Shown here: positions 8,396 through 20,137 of the stretch, piece after piece | Layout of the letters: each line of letters starts with the position of its first letter | How positions within the stretch are numbered: the stretch's first letter is position 1 | NCBI GenBank assembly: GCA_963772835.1 | Contig: CAVYYZ010000011.1 | Coordinates: 320,001-384,000 of the forward strand | Direction: 5' to 3' | Source: an uncultured delta proteobacterium | GTDB lineage: Bacteria; Desulfobacterota; Desulfuromonadia; Geobacterales; Pseudopelobacteraceae | DNA: 64,000 nucleotides | Notes under the pieces: generated by a model | The model's input: only the letters and a program-made list of their open reading frames with translations | The model's database searches: none | What the model was told of the DNA's origin: nothing | Made by a program: the position numbers and the translations under genes

Positions 8396-8470
8396 TGGCT
8401 GGGGCGCCAGGGATCGAACCTGGGAATGCCGGAATCAAAATCCGGTGCCTTACCGCTTGGCGACGCCCCA
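8396..8470 (-). tRNA. tRNA-Gln (anticodon TTG)
   Basis: TGGGGCGTCGCCAAGCGGTAAGGCACCGGATTTTGATTCCGGCATTCCCAGGTTCGATCCCTGGCGCCCCAGCCA: cloverleaf, TTCGA T-loop, encoded CCA; usual position downstream of ispE. Confidence 0.97.
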
Positions 8471-8491
8471 ATACAAATTATAAATTGCGTA

Positions 8492-9337
8492 CTATATGAG
8501 TGTTTCTGTAGTTACTGCAAACCAGTTTGTGTCCTTTGTAATTCCCCGGCGTGCAATCTCTGCAGTTTCAAAGCTTTTGAAAATACCAAAAACGGTCGAT
8601 CCGCTACCTGACATCAATGTACCAAATGCACCCAGATTTCTAAGTCGGGACTTGATGTCGGTAATTACCGGAAATGCCGGGATTGTAACCGATTCAAGAT
8701 CGTTTGATAAAATCGCGACAATCTGCTCAATTGACTCGAAAAACTGTGGCAGTCTATTCAGCTCACCCTTTCTTGTCAACTGTAAAGATCGATAAACCCA
8801 GGCAGTTGAAATATGAACACCGGGATTAACCAGTAGAATCCAACACTTCGGCATTTCTGGGAGAGCAGTAAGTTTCTCGCCTATTCCCTCAGCAAGTGCC
8901 GTTTGTTTAAATATAAAAAATGGGACATCCGCACCAAGTGTGCAACCAATCTCCATAAGTGACTGTTCAGTCAAGCCGAGTTGTAAAAGCTCATTTATTC
9001 CCATCAACACGGTTGCAGCGTCGCTGCTGCCACCTCCAAGGCCGGCGGCAACTGGGATGTTTTTAATTATTTCAATATTAATGCCGGTTTTGGATTCAGC
9101 TCGTTCTAGTAATACCCGCGCAGCTTTCCAGGCAATATTATCAGATCCGTTCGGCACACCTTTAGAGTTGCAGATCACGCGGATGCCCGGAAGGTGCGTC
9201 AGGGTAATGGTAATCTCATCGCATAAACTGACGCGCTGCATGACCATGCGCAGTTCATGATACCCATCAGGTCGCTTACCGATGACATCAAGGAGGTAGT
9301 TAATTTTTGCCGGTGCGGAAAGGGTCAGTGTATCCAA
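8492..9337 (-). CDS. ispE: 4-diphosphocytidyl-2-C-methyl-D-erythritol kinase
   Basis: APAKIN, GYHEL, KNIPVAAGLGGGSSDAA, GADVPFF, MSGSGS. Confidence 0.96.
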   Translation of the reverse strand: MDTLTLSAPAKINYLLDVIGKRPDGYHELRMVMQRVSLCDEITITLTHLPGIRVICNSKGVPNGSDNIAWKAARVLLERAESKTGINIEIIKNIPVAAGLGGGSSDAATVLMGINELLQLGLTEQSLMEIGCTLGADVPFFIFKQTALAEGIGEKLTALPEMPKCWILLVNPGVHISTAWVYRSLQLTRKGELNRLPQFFESIEQIVAILSNDLESVTIPAFPVITDIKSRLRNLGAFGTLMSGSGSTVFGIFKSFETAEIARRGITKDTNWFAVTTETLI

Positions 9338-9650
9338 GTGAACTCCAGTAGTGACAAGTTGTCAACCATGCTTGTTATAATGAATAAATAGTCAATTTGT
9401 CGAGCAGGAAGTGATTGGTGAGTGTGAATTTATGATCTGTACTTTACTACGTTACGACAGATACTGCTTTGAGGTTTTTAAACTCATATTTCCTGAACAG
9501 CATTATTTTAACCATCGGGTCCGGCATTGAATAGTTATGTAATTACGCGGTCAATTTGCCTTGGTACAACGTCATGAAATGAATTTGACAGTTTTACTGG
9601 CATTGTGCTACCTCTTGAGTGTTTTTATGTGAATGAAGGAGTTTGAGTAC

Positions 9651-10328
9651 ATGTTTAAAAATATTCGAGAAGACATCAACTCAGTATTTGAACGTGATCC
9701 GGCCGCTCGAAATGTATGGGAAATTGTTTTTTGCTATCCCGGCCTCCATGCACTCTGGTTCTATCGCATTGCCCATTGGCTCTGGATTCACGAATTCTTT
9801 TTTGCCGGTCGTTTTACTTCCCATATCGGTCGGTTCCTGACCGGAGTTGAAATCCATCCCGGGGCCAAGATCGGTCGTAAATTCTTTATTGATCATGGAA
9901 TGGGGGTTGTTATTGGTGAAACCGCAGAGATCGGTGATAATGTGACTCTCTACCACGGTGTCACTTTGGGAGGGGTCACCTGGGACAAGGTAAAAAGGCA
10001 CCCAACTCTTCAGGATAACGTAGTGATAGGTTCAGGTGCCAAGATCCTTGGGCCTTTTACGGTGGGGAAAGGGGCCAAGATCGGATCCAATTCGGTTGTT
10101 GTAAAGGCGGTTCCTGAGAATGCCACGGTGGTCGGTATCCCCGGCCGAATGGTTATGGAACAGGAGAAAAAAGATGTTGGCAGAGCCGACCTGCAGCATG
10201 GTCAACTGCCGGACCCTGAGGCAAAGGCGATTGCCTGTCTGTTCGATCAGATTCGTGAGCTTGAACGAAAATATGATGCTCTTGCCGCTGAACATGTTGA
10301 GCTGAAAAACAGGATCACCGCTAAATGA
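9651..10328 (+). CDS. cysE: Serine O-acetyltransferase
   Basis: [39 protein letters not shown]. Start moved to ATG 9651 after AAGGAG. Confidence 0.95.
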   Translation: MFKNIREDINSVFERDPAARNVWEIVFCYPGLHALWFYRIAHWLWIHEFFFAGRFTSHIGRFLTGVEIHPGAKIGRKFFIDHGMGVVIGETAEIGDNVTLYHGVTLGGVTWDKVKRHPTLQDNVVIGSGAKILGPFTVGKGAKIGSNSVVVKAVPENATVVGIPGRMVMEQEKKDVGRADLQHGQLPDPEAKAIACLFDQIRELERKYDALAAEHVELKNRITAK

Positions 10329-11152
10329 TAAAACGGCAAAGAACAATAAACAGCATTTTCAAGGTGTCCGGGATCGGTCTGCACAGTGGTCAGAACGTGA
10401 CGCTGGAGTTTCTCCCACGGCGTGAATTCGGCATCGCTTTTGTGTATAAAGACCAGCTTATACCTGCCCGCTACGATATGGTTGGTGACACACGCCTCTC
10501 TACACAGATCGGCCGCGACGGTGTTTCCGTTTCGACTATTGAACATCTTATGGCGGCGCTCTATTTTTCCGGCATCACGAATTGTCTTGTTTATATTGAC
10601 GGCCCTGAAGTTCCAATTCTGGACGGTTCAGCCTGGGAGTTCTATCAGGGGATGTGGAAGGCCGGGGTATATGAGTTTCCTGAGTCAGGAGTCTATCTGA
10701 AAGTGCTGCGCCCGATAGAAGTGCATCTCAACGATTCCTGGGTCAAAGTCAAGCCGCTTAATACTCTTGAAATCTCGATGTCAATCGAGTTTCGCCCTCC
10801 GGTGGGGAAACAGAAAAAACGGGTAACGGACGTAGAAAATGCTTTTGCTATAATAAATTCACGTACTTTTGTGCTGCAGGAAGAGATCGAAGCCATACGC
10901 AAGATCGGACTGGCTAGGGGAGGGTCACTTGACAATGCAGTTGTAATAGGAAGTGATGAAATTATGAATCCGCGCGGACTCCGGTATAAAAAAGAACTGG
11001 TTAATCACAAAATTCTTGACCTGATTGGTGATTTTTACACAAGCGGATATCGTATCCTTGGAAAAGTCGAGGCAAACAAAACGGGACACTATCTCAACAA
11101 TATGTTGCTTAAGGAACTTTTCTCAGATCCTCTGAATTATCACATCTATTGA
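10325..11152 (+). CDS. lpxC: UDP-3-O-acyl-N-acetylglucosamine deacetylase
   Basis: [52 protein letters not shown]. Confidence 0.92.
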   Translation: MIKRQRTINSIFKVSGIGLHSGQNVTLEFLPRREFGIAFVYKDQLIPARYDMVGDTRLSTQIGRDGVSVSTIEHLMAALYFSGITNCLVYIDGPEVPILDGSAWEFYQGMWKAGVYEFPESGVYLKVLRPIEVHLNDSWVKVKPLNTLEISMSIEFRPPVGKQKKRVTDVENAFAIINSRTFVLQEEIEAIRKIGLARGGSLDNAVVIGSDEIMNPRGLRYKKELVNHKILDLIGDFYTSGYRILGKVEANKTGHYLNNMLLKELFSDPLNYHIY

Positions 11153-14100
11153 CCTAAAATCACCTCGCCGGTGTCAGTAAACAGCTTCACCGGTAATTGA
11201 AACGCTCTAATAAAAATATTCAGTATCCCCCTGCCCATCGATTTAACAGGGATAGCACTTACCTGAGGATCAGTCCATTTCCCCTTAGCCTCAAAATAAG
11301 CTGTCACCAGATTTTTATCTTTCCCGGTTAGAAGCCAGCCAACAATCGGTATGCGGTTGACAATCTTGTCCACAGTTTGAAGGGGTTGCGCTCCAAGGGT
11401 AAGATTCAGTTCTTCTTTTACAATATCAGCTGTTCCGATTATCGAAACATTGATGGCATTACTGTTTATAAACAGATCCTGAGTGGCAACAATTCCGTCT
11501 TTAACAGAAAAACTTCCTTTTATACTGCTGTAGGGCATGCCACCGGAAGCCATGTCAGGTAGCTTAAATTTGAGGAGCTGTGAAACATTTAAAATCGAAA
11601 AAACTTTAGCGAGTGAATTAAATCTTCGCAACTTTCCGTTGATCATACTGAGCCGAATATTCCCCAACGCACTCTTTTTGATATCAAGAAGTGTATTCCC
11701 GCGAGCTGTCAGGTCTCCCTGGAGTGTCAACGTACCCGTTGCCTCATGGGATATGTCAAGCGCCGCAAAAAGTTTTTCTGCATCAGTACGGGAAATATCG
11801 ATTGTCAGATCATAACGGTCTCCCTGGTCACCGGTCGGTGCAATTCTCCCCTTGGCAGTTAACGTGCCGCCATAAACCCCGGCTGTAAAGCTCTGTAGAT
11901 AAGTTGTGCCGTTTTCATGTTGAGCAGAAGCGTTCAATTTGCTGAATACCAAATCCCCGAAATTACCGGCTTCGACATTTAAGGCAAGCTTTACATCCAA
12001 ACCAGTACTTTTAGAACTGTCTCTCTTCTGAGATGATGACGAAAACATGCGCAGGTCATCCAGGTCGAGTTTTGAAGAAGTCACGGTAATGTTTGCCTGT
12101 GGAATGCGGCCCGTCAGATAAACTCCATTCAGGTTGAAATTTGAAGAGTTTATAAGTCCTGACACGCTTTTTAAGGAGACGGAATCCTTACGAAGAGAAA
12201 TGTTGGCATTGAAACGTCTGATACTGGTATCAGGACGACTTTCAGCCAGGTTCAGGTCTCGCAGGTATAATTGTGGTGATGAGAGAGTTATGTCACCTTC
12301 AGGGTTTTTCAGACTCTTGATATCGACCTTCATGGTGATCACTGAACTGCCGTAACGTGAAGCAATACGGGATGATTCCAGGCTGTTTCCCTTGAAAGTC
12401 AGTAAGCCGCTGATACCACTGATCTGCTTAAGCTGCTCATCCGGTTGGAAGCTTAACCGGTGAAGTTCTACAGTTCCAAAATAATCCATGGCGCTCATAT
12501 CCACTGGATCACCCCCACCTTTTATGTGAGCCTGCACCGTCCCCTCTATTTTATATTTTTGCCACATTGAGAGAATTGGCAGGGATTCACTCATGGAGAA
12601 CCTGTTGGTCTGGAGATCAAACCCGAGGTATGGTTTGTCTCCATAGCCGATAAGCCCGCTACCGGTGATGATCATCGGCTTAAAATTATAATTTATTGCA
12701 GTTATTTTTGTAGATTCCTTGCCAATAACAGCACTGAAATTAAGAGTATTCGGTATTGAGAACGGTTTATACACATAACCGGGTAAAGAGTAGGCCACTT
12801 GATTGAGGTCCCAGCCACCCGTAAGTTTATAGGCCGAATAATGACCGCCGCCGGTCAACCGTAACGAAGAGCTGTTACTGTACTCAAGTTTCGGAATGCC
12901 GGCAATTTTAGCCAGCCAGGCCATCTCAGGAGCGTGTGGAGAAATATTCATTTTCATAGGATAATCGGCCGGTTTGTCAGTATTGTATTCAGTGATTGAG
13001 CCGTCCAATGTAAAGGGGGATGTTCCGAAGTTTCCTGTCATGCCGACAAGATTGAAATTCTTACCTTTTAGTTCAATTATTCCCTTTAAGTCATTGAATG
13101 TTGGGGCTTTCGGGCCATAACTCAAGACTGCTTTCTCAACAGGGCCGCGAATCATGATGGTATTGCAGTTCTGGCCGATTTCCATATGAGTAATTTGACT
13201 TATTCTACCGTCCAGAACTCCGGTATCAAGCTTGAATATTCCTGTTTTAATCTTGTTTTCAATATAATCGGCGGTGTCGCTATCAATGATTCCGTAAGGC
13301 ACATAATTTCTAACATCCTCGTAACGGAATGTTGATGGTGTACTGGCTTTGGCTATGATGCGCGGATCTTTAGTCAGGTAATCCTGCAACTTAAAGTTAC
13401 CTTTGATCTTGAACCCTTCCATGCTGAGATCCACGGCGGAAATGTCAATCAGTTGCTTTGATACAGTCGCTTTATACTCAAGCTGAAGGGACTTGGGTGA
13501 TAGATCCGCATGAAATACTCTCGGCCACCTGAAAGTCGCACCACTTATCAGAATATTACCTTTAGAAGAAAATTCCAGCATCGTTCCCTTGAAGCTGGTA
13601 GCAATATCCAGTCGCCCACCGGTGTTTACAAACGGAATAAACCGTCCAAAATATGGCCAGAATCTGCCGATATCGGCCTTTTTAACAGACAGATCGCAAT
13701 TCAAGTCAGTTTCCAGTATAGATGTACCTTCCCGGGGAACGTTTAAGGCTCCTGAAAGAGAGATATGAGTGGGGTCACCACTAATATCAGGAATGTCTGC
13801 AGTCACTTTGAGATGCCCGTTTAGTCCGCGGCCTATATGGTTCGCAGTGAGGGAAATATTGCGTAGAGCAGTAGTAAAGGGATCTTTTCTGCCCGCCATA
13901 TCACTCCAGAGTACAGCACCTTTGGTAATGCGTATTTTTTTGAAATTTATTCGTGCGTTATCCCCGTCTTGTTTTATCAAATCATCAATATTGTATGTAC
14001 CGTCATAGTTGCGGATCACAGAAACAGTCGCTCCATCCAAAATCAGGTTTTTTAATTCTACCTTTTTTTCCAGCAAAGGCATCAGGGCCAGTTGCACGGT

Positions 14101-14373
14101 TATTTGTCGAGCGGTAATAAAGTCTGAGTTACCGTCCCGTTCCTTGACTAAAAATGTCTTGAATTCAAACGATGGTCCGAAATGCCATGCAAATGATCCG
14201 GACGTAAAGCTGACAGGTCGATTGAGGCTTTGTTGAAGAGCCGCTACAATTTCAGTACGGTAGGCATTTACGTCCAACAGGTAGGGAAGGAAAAAAGCCG
14301 TGGCGGTCAATAGTGAAGCGACTGCTGTAAGCAGAACACCGGATAGTTTTATAAATCGGGAAGACATCTTCAC
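11146..14373 (-). CDS. AsmA-like / YhdP-family envelope protein
   Basis: N-terminal membrane anchor, beta-rich 1075 aa, AsmA_2-like C-terminus (IPIVGWLL...YFEAKGKWTDPQV). Confidence 0.8.
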   Translation of the reverse strand: MKMSSRFIKLSGVLLTAVASLLTATAFFLPYLLDVNAYRTEIVAALQQSLNRPVSFTSGSFAWHFGPSFEFKTFLVKERDGNSDFITARQITVQLALMPLLEKKVELKNLILDGATVSVIRNYDGTYNIDDLIKQDGDNARINFKKIRITKGAVLWSDMAGRKDPFTTALRNISLTANHIGRGLNGHLKVTADIPDISGDPTHISLSGALNVPREGTSILETDLNCDLSVKKADIGRFWPYFGRFIPFVNTGGRLDIATSFKGTMLEFSSKGNILISGATFRWPRVFHADLSPKSLQLEYKATVSKQLIDISAVDLSMEGFKIKGNFKLQDYLTKDPRIIAKASTPSTFRYEDVRNYVPYGIIDSDTADYIENKIKTGIFKLDTGVLDGRISQITHMEIGQNCNTIMIRGPVEKAVLSYGPKAPTFNDLKGIIELKGKNFNLVGMTGNFGTSPFTLDGSITEYNTDKPADYPMKMNISPHAPEMAWLAKIAGIPKLEYSNSSSLRLTGGGHYSAYKLTGGWDLNQVAYSLPGYVYKPFSIPNTLNFSAVIGKESTKITAINYNFKPMIITGSGLIGYGDKPYLGFDLQTNRFSMSESLPILSMWQKYKIEGTVQAHIKGGGDPVDMSAMDYFGTVELHRLSFQPDEQLKQISGISGLLTFKGNSLESSRIASRYGSSVITMKVDIKSLKNPEGDITLSSPQLYLRDLNLAESRPDTSIRRFNANISLRKDSVSLKSVSGLINSSNFNLNGVYLTGRIPQANITVTSSKLDLDDLRMFSSSSQKRDSSKSTGLDVKLALNVEAGNFGDLVFSKLNASAQHENGTTYLQSFTAGVYGGTLTAKGRIAPTGDQGDRYDLTIDISRTDAEKLFAALDISHEATGTLTLQGDLTARGNTLLDIKKSALGNIRLSMINGKLRRFNSLAKVFSILNVSQLLKFKLPDMASGGMPYSSIKGSFSVKDGIVATQDLFINSNAINVSIIGTADIVKEELNLTLGAQPLQTVDKIVNRIPIVGWLLTGKDKNLVTAYFEAKGKWTDPQVSAIPVKSMGRGILNIFIRAFQLPVKLFTDTGEVILGQ

Positions 14374-15692
14374 AACAGTGGTTCCCCTGCTGTTACCCTG
14401 ACGCGACGGATTCTTTTCCGGTCAACACTTTCTACCGTGAAACGGGTATTCTCAAATACGATACTTTCACCCTGCTGTAACAGTCGTCCGGCCTGTGCGA
14501 GCAGGAAGCCGGCAATCGTAGTATAGGGAGCATCTTCCGGCAGCGACAGATTGAGCCTGAGATTTACTTCTCTCATGGTCAGCATTCCATCAAGCAGAAA
14601 ATCATTGTTATCCTCTACACATTGATCAGGTGAGATGTCATCATACTCATCATCTATCTCGCCCACTATCTCCTCAAGCAGATCTTCCAGAGTAATAATT
14701 CCTTCAAAGCCACCATATTCATCTACAACAAAAATCATGTGGGTGCGTGTCGACTGCATCTGTTTCAAGGCTGCGCTTAACTGGGCATTGGAAGGAATAA
14801 AGCTGGGATGGTGAATGAGTGAGGCAAGATTGAAGTCGGGAGTATGCGCATGTGACAGGTACGGTTCAAGATCCCTTCTGACAACAATGCCGATAATATT
14901 GTCGAGTTGGTCCTGATATACCGGTATTCTTGAATAACCAAGCGAATTAAAGGCGGTTAAAGTCTCATTAAGAGTCGCTGAAGCAGGAAGGGCGGTAACT
15001 GCATTTCGAGGAATCATCACTTCTTGAACTTCCGAGTCTGAAAATTCAAAGATGCGGTGAAGCAGCTGCTGTTCGTCTGCCTCCAGTGTGCCACTCGTGT
15101 GAGATATGTTAATAATCTGTCTCAATTCATCTACGGTATATACGCTGGAATGGTCCGGTGAACTCTGCAATCCAAATAATCTAACCGTGCTTCTGCCGGC
15201 AAAATCAAGCAAGCGTATCGGCCAACTGAACAAAGTGTGAAAAAGTCTCAGCGGCCATGCCACTGCCAGAGCAACCCGTTCCGCCCGGTCCAGTGCCAGT
15301 GTTTTTGGAGCAAGCTCACCAAGTACAATGTGCAGAAAAGTTATAATGGTAAAAGCACCGGCTATAGCTATCGTGTGGCGTACAGTGTCGGTTACAAGGC
15401 CATGAAGTGGAGTTTCCAACAGCTTTGATAGTGCCGGTTCACCTACCCATCCTAATGCCAGCGAAGCCATAGTGATGCCGAGTTGAGTCGCAGAAATATA
15501 GGTGTTCAGATTGTCGAGTAATCCAAGCAGTGTAACGGCACGAGTATCACCACTTTCCACAAGAGAGACCACGCGAGATCTGCGAACCGAAACGAGTGAA
15601 AATTCAGCGGCAACGAAAAACCCGTTTGCGGTCACCAGCAGTAGTACAAAAAAGAGATAGAGTAACGTATAATTCATGGCTGCATATTCCAT
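14370..15692 (-). CDS. Hemolysin/CorC family transporter (CNNM-CBS-CorC)
   Basis: NGFFVAAEFSLVS, QLGIT, GELAPK, YSRIPV, VDEYGG, EDLLEEIVGEIDDEYD. Confidence 0.92.
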   Translation of the reverse strand: MEYAAMNYTLLYLFFVLLLVTANGFFVAAEFSLVSVRRSRVVSLVESGDTRAVTLLGLLDNLNTYISATQLGITMASLALGWVGEPALSKLLETPLHGLVTDTVRHTIAIAGAFTIITFLHIVLGELAPKTLALDRAERVALAVAWPLRLFHTLFSWPIRLLDFAGRSTVRLFGLQSSPDHSSVYTVDELRQIINISHTSGTLEADEQQLLHRIFEFSDSEVQEVMIPRNAVTALPASATLNETLTAFNSLGYSRIPVYQDQLDNIIGIVVRRDLEPYLSHAHTPDFNLASLIHHPSFIPSNAQLSAALKQMQSTRTHMIFVVDEYGGFEGIITLEDLLEEIVGEIDDEYDDISPDQCVEDNNDFLLDGMLTMREVNLRLNLSLPEDAPYTTIAGFLLAQAGRLLQQGESIVFENTRFTVESVDRKRIRRVRVTAGEPLL

Positions 15693-15807
15693 CCGGAAGT
15701 GAACGATGTCAACTGCAACATTACAATTATTATTATCGTTTGACCGACACTATGAATTCATGCTAGTTTTTTTACAAATATTTTATTTGAACTGGAAGTT
15801 TACCCCG

Positions 15808-17514
15808 ATGTATATGCGGCTGATGATACTGCTCTTATTCCTTTTTTTATCCGCGTGTTCCGGTATCAATACAGTGCCGGAAACCGCCACGTCCCCAACT
15901 CCAAAAATCCACGATAATCATGCCCGCTCACTGTATCTGTATTCACGTGCGAGGATTGCAGTCCTGGAAGGTGACTACCCCGCGGCACTGAATCTTCTGC
16001 GCGAGGCGATCACGCTCGAACCGGAGTCAGCTATTCTTCACGGAGAAGTTGCCGATATAAAACTCAAAATCGGCCAGATACCCGAAGCCCTTGAATATAT
16101 CAACAAGGCAATTGCCCTTGATCCTACTTATCGCCCACCGTATGTGCTGGGGGGCGTCTTGATGTCTTCGGTAGGTAAAGATTTGGAAGCGGCAGAATAC
16201 CTGCGTAAAGCCGTTAAAATTGATCCATCCAAGGAAGATGCGTATCTTCACCTGGCTTTGTCTCTTACACGCCTGTTTGAGTATGAAGAAGCTGTCACTG
16301 CGCTCAAAGCGCTGGTCAAAATCAATCCTGATTCCATTCTCGGGTATTATTATCTGGGACGTACCTATAGCCAGATGAAACTCTTTCGGGATGCTCTCGG
16401 TTATTTTTCAAAAGTTTTGGAACTGAGGCCTGAATTTGACCAGGCAGTCATCGATAAAGCTGCAACATACGAAGCAATGGGCGATTATTCTCAGGCAATA
16501 GACACCTACCGTACCCTGCTTGACCGAGATGAACATCGGGTCGCTGTACTTCAGCGCCTGACCCAGTTACTGCTCCAGCAGCGCAGATTTGCTGAAGCAC
16601 TGGAATATCTCAAGTTATCAGCTCAAGCCGGCCTGGGCGGTCGAGAAACAATCCGAAAAATCGGATTGGTTCATCTCGAGCTTGAACAGTATGACGCTGC
16701 GATTGCAGTTTTTGGTGATATGCTTGCTAAAGATCCATCAGCTGAGAATATTCGACTTTATAGCGGCATTGCCTATGAGGAAAAAGGTGATCTGAATAAA
16801 GCTTATTCTGAGTTCAGTAAGGTCTCTCACAGTTCTCCCCAGTATTTTGAAGCGGTCAGTCATATCGCATTGATACTGAAGGAACAGGGTAAATCAGACA
16901 CGGCAATTTCGGTTTTAAAAGAAGCCATTACTGCCAATCCAGAAAGTCTCGAGCTGTATCTGAATTTATCCTCTCTCTATGAATCTATAAACAGGCCTCA
17001 AGCCGGCCTCGAAATTCTGATCGAGAATGAACAGCGCTTCCAGAAAGATCCCCGCCTGCATTTCCGAGTCGGAGTACTGCTTGACAAAATGGGTAAACGT
17101 GCTGAATCAATCGATCGGATGAAACAAGTATTGCTGCTTGATCCAAATGATGCCCAGGCACTCAATTATCTCGGGTATTCCTATGCAGAAATGGGAATAC
17201 ACCTTGAGGAAGCACTGAAATATATCAAACAGGCTATTGCGATACGCCCGCGTGATGCGTTTATACTTGACAGCCTCGGTTGGACCTACTTCAAGCTCAA
17301 ACGCTATGATGATGCAGTTAAGGCTCTGGAAGAGGCAATTAGCCTTGTCGGTGATGATTCTACAATTGTTGAACATCTGGGTGATGTATATGCAGCCCGC
17401 AGGGCTGTTAAAAAAGCGCTGAAACTGTATCACAGGGCCCTGGAGCTAACCCCTGAGCGTAAAGAGCTGGTTGAAAAGATACATAAGCTTAAAGGGGAGC
17501 AAAGCGAAAAATGA
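15808..17514 (+). CDS. TPR-repeat lipoprotein
   Basis: Lipobox FLSAC after a hydrophobic signal from ATG 15808; many TPRs; ALNYLGY and DSLGW motifs. Confidence 0.85.
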   Translation: MYMRLMILLLFLFLSACSGINTVPETATSPTPKIHDNHARSLYLYSRARIAVLEGDYPAALNLLREAITLEPESAILHGEVADIKLKIGQIPEALEYINKAIALDPTYRPPYVLGGVLMSSVGKDLEAAEYLRKAVKIDPSKEDAYLHLALSLTRLFEYEEAVTALKALVKINPDSILGYYYLGRTYSQMKLFRDALGYFSKVLELRPEFDQAVIDKAATYEAMGDYSQAIDTYRTLLDRDEHRVAVLQRLTQLLLQQRRFAEALEYLKLSAQAGLGGRETIRKIGLVHLELEQYDAAIAVFGDMLAKDPSAENIRLYSGIAYEEKGDLNKAYSEFSKVSHSSPQYFEAVSHIALILKEQGKSDTAISVLKEAITANPESLELYLNLSSLYESINRPQAGLEILIENEQRFQKDPRLHFRVGVLLDKMGKRAESIDRMKQVLLLDPNDAQALNYLGYSYAEMGIHLEEALKYIKQAIAIRPRDAFILDSLGWTYFKLKRYDDAVKALEEAISLVGDDSTIVEHLGDVYAARRAVKKALKLYHRALELTPERKELVEKIHKLKGEQSEK

Positions 17515-19151
17515 TACTGTCGCCGGGCGCGCGATGCCTGCTTTTGGCGCTGTTCTGCAATGTCGTACTTTTGGCGTGCGACCGCTCTGAGACTCAACCT
17601 GCTCCTGTCGCTGCTGTATCATCAGCCAATCCTGCCGTTGCAACCGGCGATTCAATCGTTGAAGGCACCATTGGAGAAGCTTCCACCCTCATTCCTCTCC
17701 TCGCAACAGATGCTTCATCTCATGCTGTAGCCGGGCAGATCTATAACGGGCTTGTCAAGTATGACAAAAATCTGAATATTGTTGGAGATCTGGCAAAATC
17801 GTTTACAATTTCCTCTGACGGCCTGGTAATAATATTTCATCTCCATCCCGGTGTGAAGTGGCATGATGGCGCTCCGCTGACTTCAAGGGATGTACTGTAC
17901 ACATATCAGGTCACGATAGATCCTAAAACCCCTACCGCGTACGCCGAAGACTTTAAACAGGTTAAAAACATTACGGCTCTTGATTCTCTTACAATACGTG
18001 TGACGTACGACTCGCCCTTTGCACCTGCCCTGGCGTCATGGGGAGTAAATATTCTTCCTGCCCATCTTCTGGAAGGGAAGGATATTGCCACAAGTCCTCT
18101 GGCTCGAAAGCCGGTTGGTACCGGACCCTATCGCTTCAATGAGTGGGTGCCAGGACAAAAAATAGTTTTGGAAGCAAACAAGGAATATTTTGAGGGTCGG
18201 CCTTATATTGATCGTTACATTTATCGAATAATTCCAGACAGTTCCACCATGTACATGGAACTGAAAGCAGGCGGAATTGATCTGATGAACCTGACTCCGG
18301 TTCAGTACGCACGCCAGACTACTGCAAAAAGCTTTACAAGCCGTTTCAACAAATTCCGCTATCCTTCATCCAGTTATTTGTACATGGGCTATAATCTGCG
18401 TCACCCTCTCTTCCGTGACAAGCGTATCCGCCAGGCTATGACCGCTGCAATCAACAAGGACGAGTTGATTCAAGGGGTGCTGTTCGGGATGGGGCAAAAG
18501 GCGTATGGCCCCATTGTCCCAGGTCGCTGGGCCTATAACCCTGCGGTCAAGGACATCGTATATGATCCGAAGCATGCCGCAGAGTTATTAGCACAGGCAG
18601 GTTGGACTCAAAAAAACAGCGACGGTATCCTTGTAAAGGATGGCAAGCCATTCAAGTTTACCATTTTAACAAATCAGGGGAACCAGCAGCGCCTTATGAC
18701 CGCACAGATAGTTCAGCAGCGCCTGCGACTGGTCGGAATAGACGTCAAGATCAGGGTTGTTGAGTGGGCCGCCTTTTTGAAAGAATTCGTAAACAAGGGG
18801 AATTTTGAAGTAGTCATGCTGGCCTGGAGTATCTCGCAAGACCCGGATATGTACGATATTTGGCATTCAAGCAAAAATAAGCCGGGTGAATTGAATTTTA
18901 TCGGCTTCAATAATTCTGAAGTCGACCGCCTGTTGATTGAAGGGCGTAACACTTTTGATATTGAAAAGCGCAAGCGTGCTTATTTTCGAATTCAGGAAAT
19001 TCTGGCGGATGAACAGCCATATACCTTCCTGTACGTGCCTGATTCGCTGCCGGTAGTAAGTTCTCGAATCCGTGGCGTTGAACCGTCTCCGGCCGGCATC
19101 GGTCATAACCAGATTCGCTGGTATGTGCCGAAAAACGAGCAGGTGTATTAA
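17511..19151 (+). CDS. Peptide ABC transporter substrate-binding protein (family 5)
   Basis: Lipobox [37 protein letters not shown]. Confidence 0.92.
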   Translation: MILSPGARCLLLALFCNVVLLACDRSETQPAPVAAVSSANPAVATGDSIVEGTIGEASTLIPLLATDASSHAVAGQIYNGLVKYDKNLNIVGDLAKSFTISSDGLVIIFHLHPGVKWHDGAPLTSRDVLYTYQVTIDPKTPTAYAEDFKQVKNITALDSLTIRVTYDSPFAPALASWGVNILPAHLLEGKDIATSPLARKPVGTGPYRFNEWVPGQKIVLEANKEYFEGRPYIDRYIYRIIPDSSTMYMELKAGGIDLMNLTPVQYARQTTAKSFTSRFNKFRYPSSSYLYMGYNLRHPLFRDKRIRQAMTAAINKDELIQGVLFGMGQKAYGPIVPGRWAYNPAVKDIVYDPKHAAELLAQAGWTQKNSDGILVKDGKPFKFTILTNQGNQQRLMTAQIVQQRLRLVGIDVKIRVVEWAAFLKEFVNKGNFEVVMLAWSISQDPDMYDIWHSSKNKPGELNFIGFNNSEVDRLLIEGRNTFDIEKRKRAYFRIQEILADEQPYTFLYVPDSLPVVSSRIRGVEPSPAGIGHNQIRWYVPKNEQVY

Positions 19152-19152
19152 A

Positions 19153-20133
19153 ATGACCAGTTATCTCTGTAAGCGAATTCTTATGTTAATTCCCATGATG
19201 ATCGGAATTACGTTGATCACCTTTTCCGTTATTCATCTTGCTCCCGGCGAACCGGTCGAGATGCAGATGGCGATGAACCCAAAAGTTGGCAAAGAGGCGA
19301 GAGAGCGACTCACCAAATTTTACGGTCTTGATAAACCGCTGCCTGAGCAGTACTTCACCTGGGTTGGTAAAATTGTGCGGCTTGATCTGGGACGGTCTTT
19401 TTCATCGGATAATCGCCCGGTCATGGACAAAATCAAAGAGCGTCTGCCTGTTACCATATCCTTGAATGTGATAGCACTGCTACTCGAATTCGGCTTGGCG
19501 ATACCAATCGGAGTTTTAGCGGCAACAAGGCGTGATACATGGCTTGACAAAGGTATTACAGTATTTGTGTTTGTCGGTTTTGCCGTGCCGACCTTCTGGC
19601 TGGCACTGTTACTCATGTATTTTTTCGGAGTCAAATTGGGATGGCTTCCCATCTCAGGTCTTCATTCACTCGGGAGTGATTCGTGGGGAATGGTCAGGTA
19701 TTTGACTGATCTGGCGAAGCATCTGGTCATGCCGGTCATGGTGGCTTCTTTCGGCAGTCTGGCAGGTCTTTCGCGGTATATGCGCTCTGCCATGCTGAAC
19801 GTCATCAGCCAGGATTACATAACTACCGCTCGCGCAAAAGGTCTCTCCGAGCGGGTTGTTATCTGGAAACATGCCCTGCGCAATGCCCTGCTGCCGCTGA
19901 TAACGCTGCTTGGATTTTCTATACCTGGTTTGATTGGAGGAAGCGTAATTTTTGAAACAATTTATGCCATTCCGGGGATGGGACAGCTTTTTTATCAGGG
20001 GGTCATGTCTCGTGACTATCCGGTGGTCATGGGGATTCTGGTAATCGGTGCGTTTTTAACACTGATCGGTAATCTGATAGCAGATCTCAGCTATGCACTG
20101 GCTGATCCGCGTATCCGACATGGAGAGGGGTAG
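19153..20133 (+). CDS. Peptide ABC transporter permease (OppB/DppB-like)
   Basis: [42 protein letters not shown]. Start set at ATG 19153. Confidence 0.92.
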   Translation: MTSYLCKRILMLIPMMIGITLITFSVIHLAPGEPVEMQMAMNPKVGKEARERLTKFYGLDKPLPEQYFTWVGKIVRLDLGRSFSSDNRPVMDKIKERLPVTISLNVIALLLEFGLAIPIGVLAATRRDTWLDKGITVFVFVGFAVPTFWLALLLMYFFGVKLGWLPISGLHSLGSDSWGMVRYLTDLAKHLVMPVMVASFGSLAGLSRYMRSAMLNVISQDYITTARAKGLSERVVIWKHALRNALLPLITLLGFSIPGLIGGSVIFETIYAIPGMGQLFYQGVMSRDYPVVMGILVIGAFLTLIGNLIADLSYALADPRIRHGEG

Positions 20134-20137
20134 GGTG

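Noticed and set aside
8302..8611. ORFs 8302-8499 and 8378-8611 on the plus strand
   Set aside because: They are antisense readings of tRNA-Gln and the end of ispE.
15706..15807. Long N-terminus of the TPR protein in the track
   Set aside because: The lipoprotein signal peptide fits a start at 15808 or 15814.
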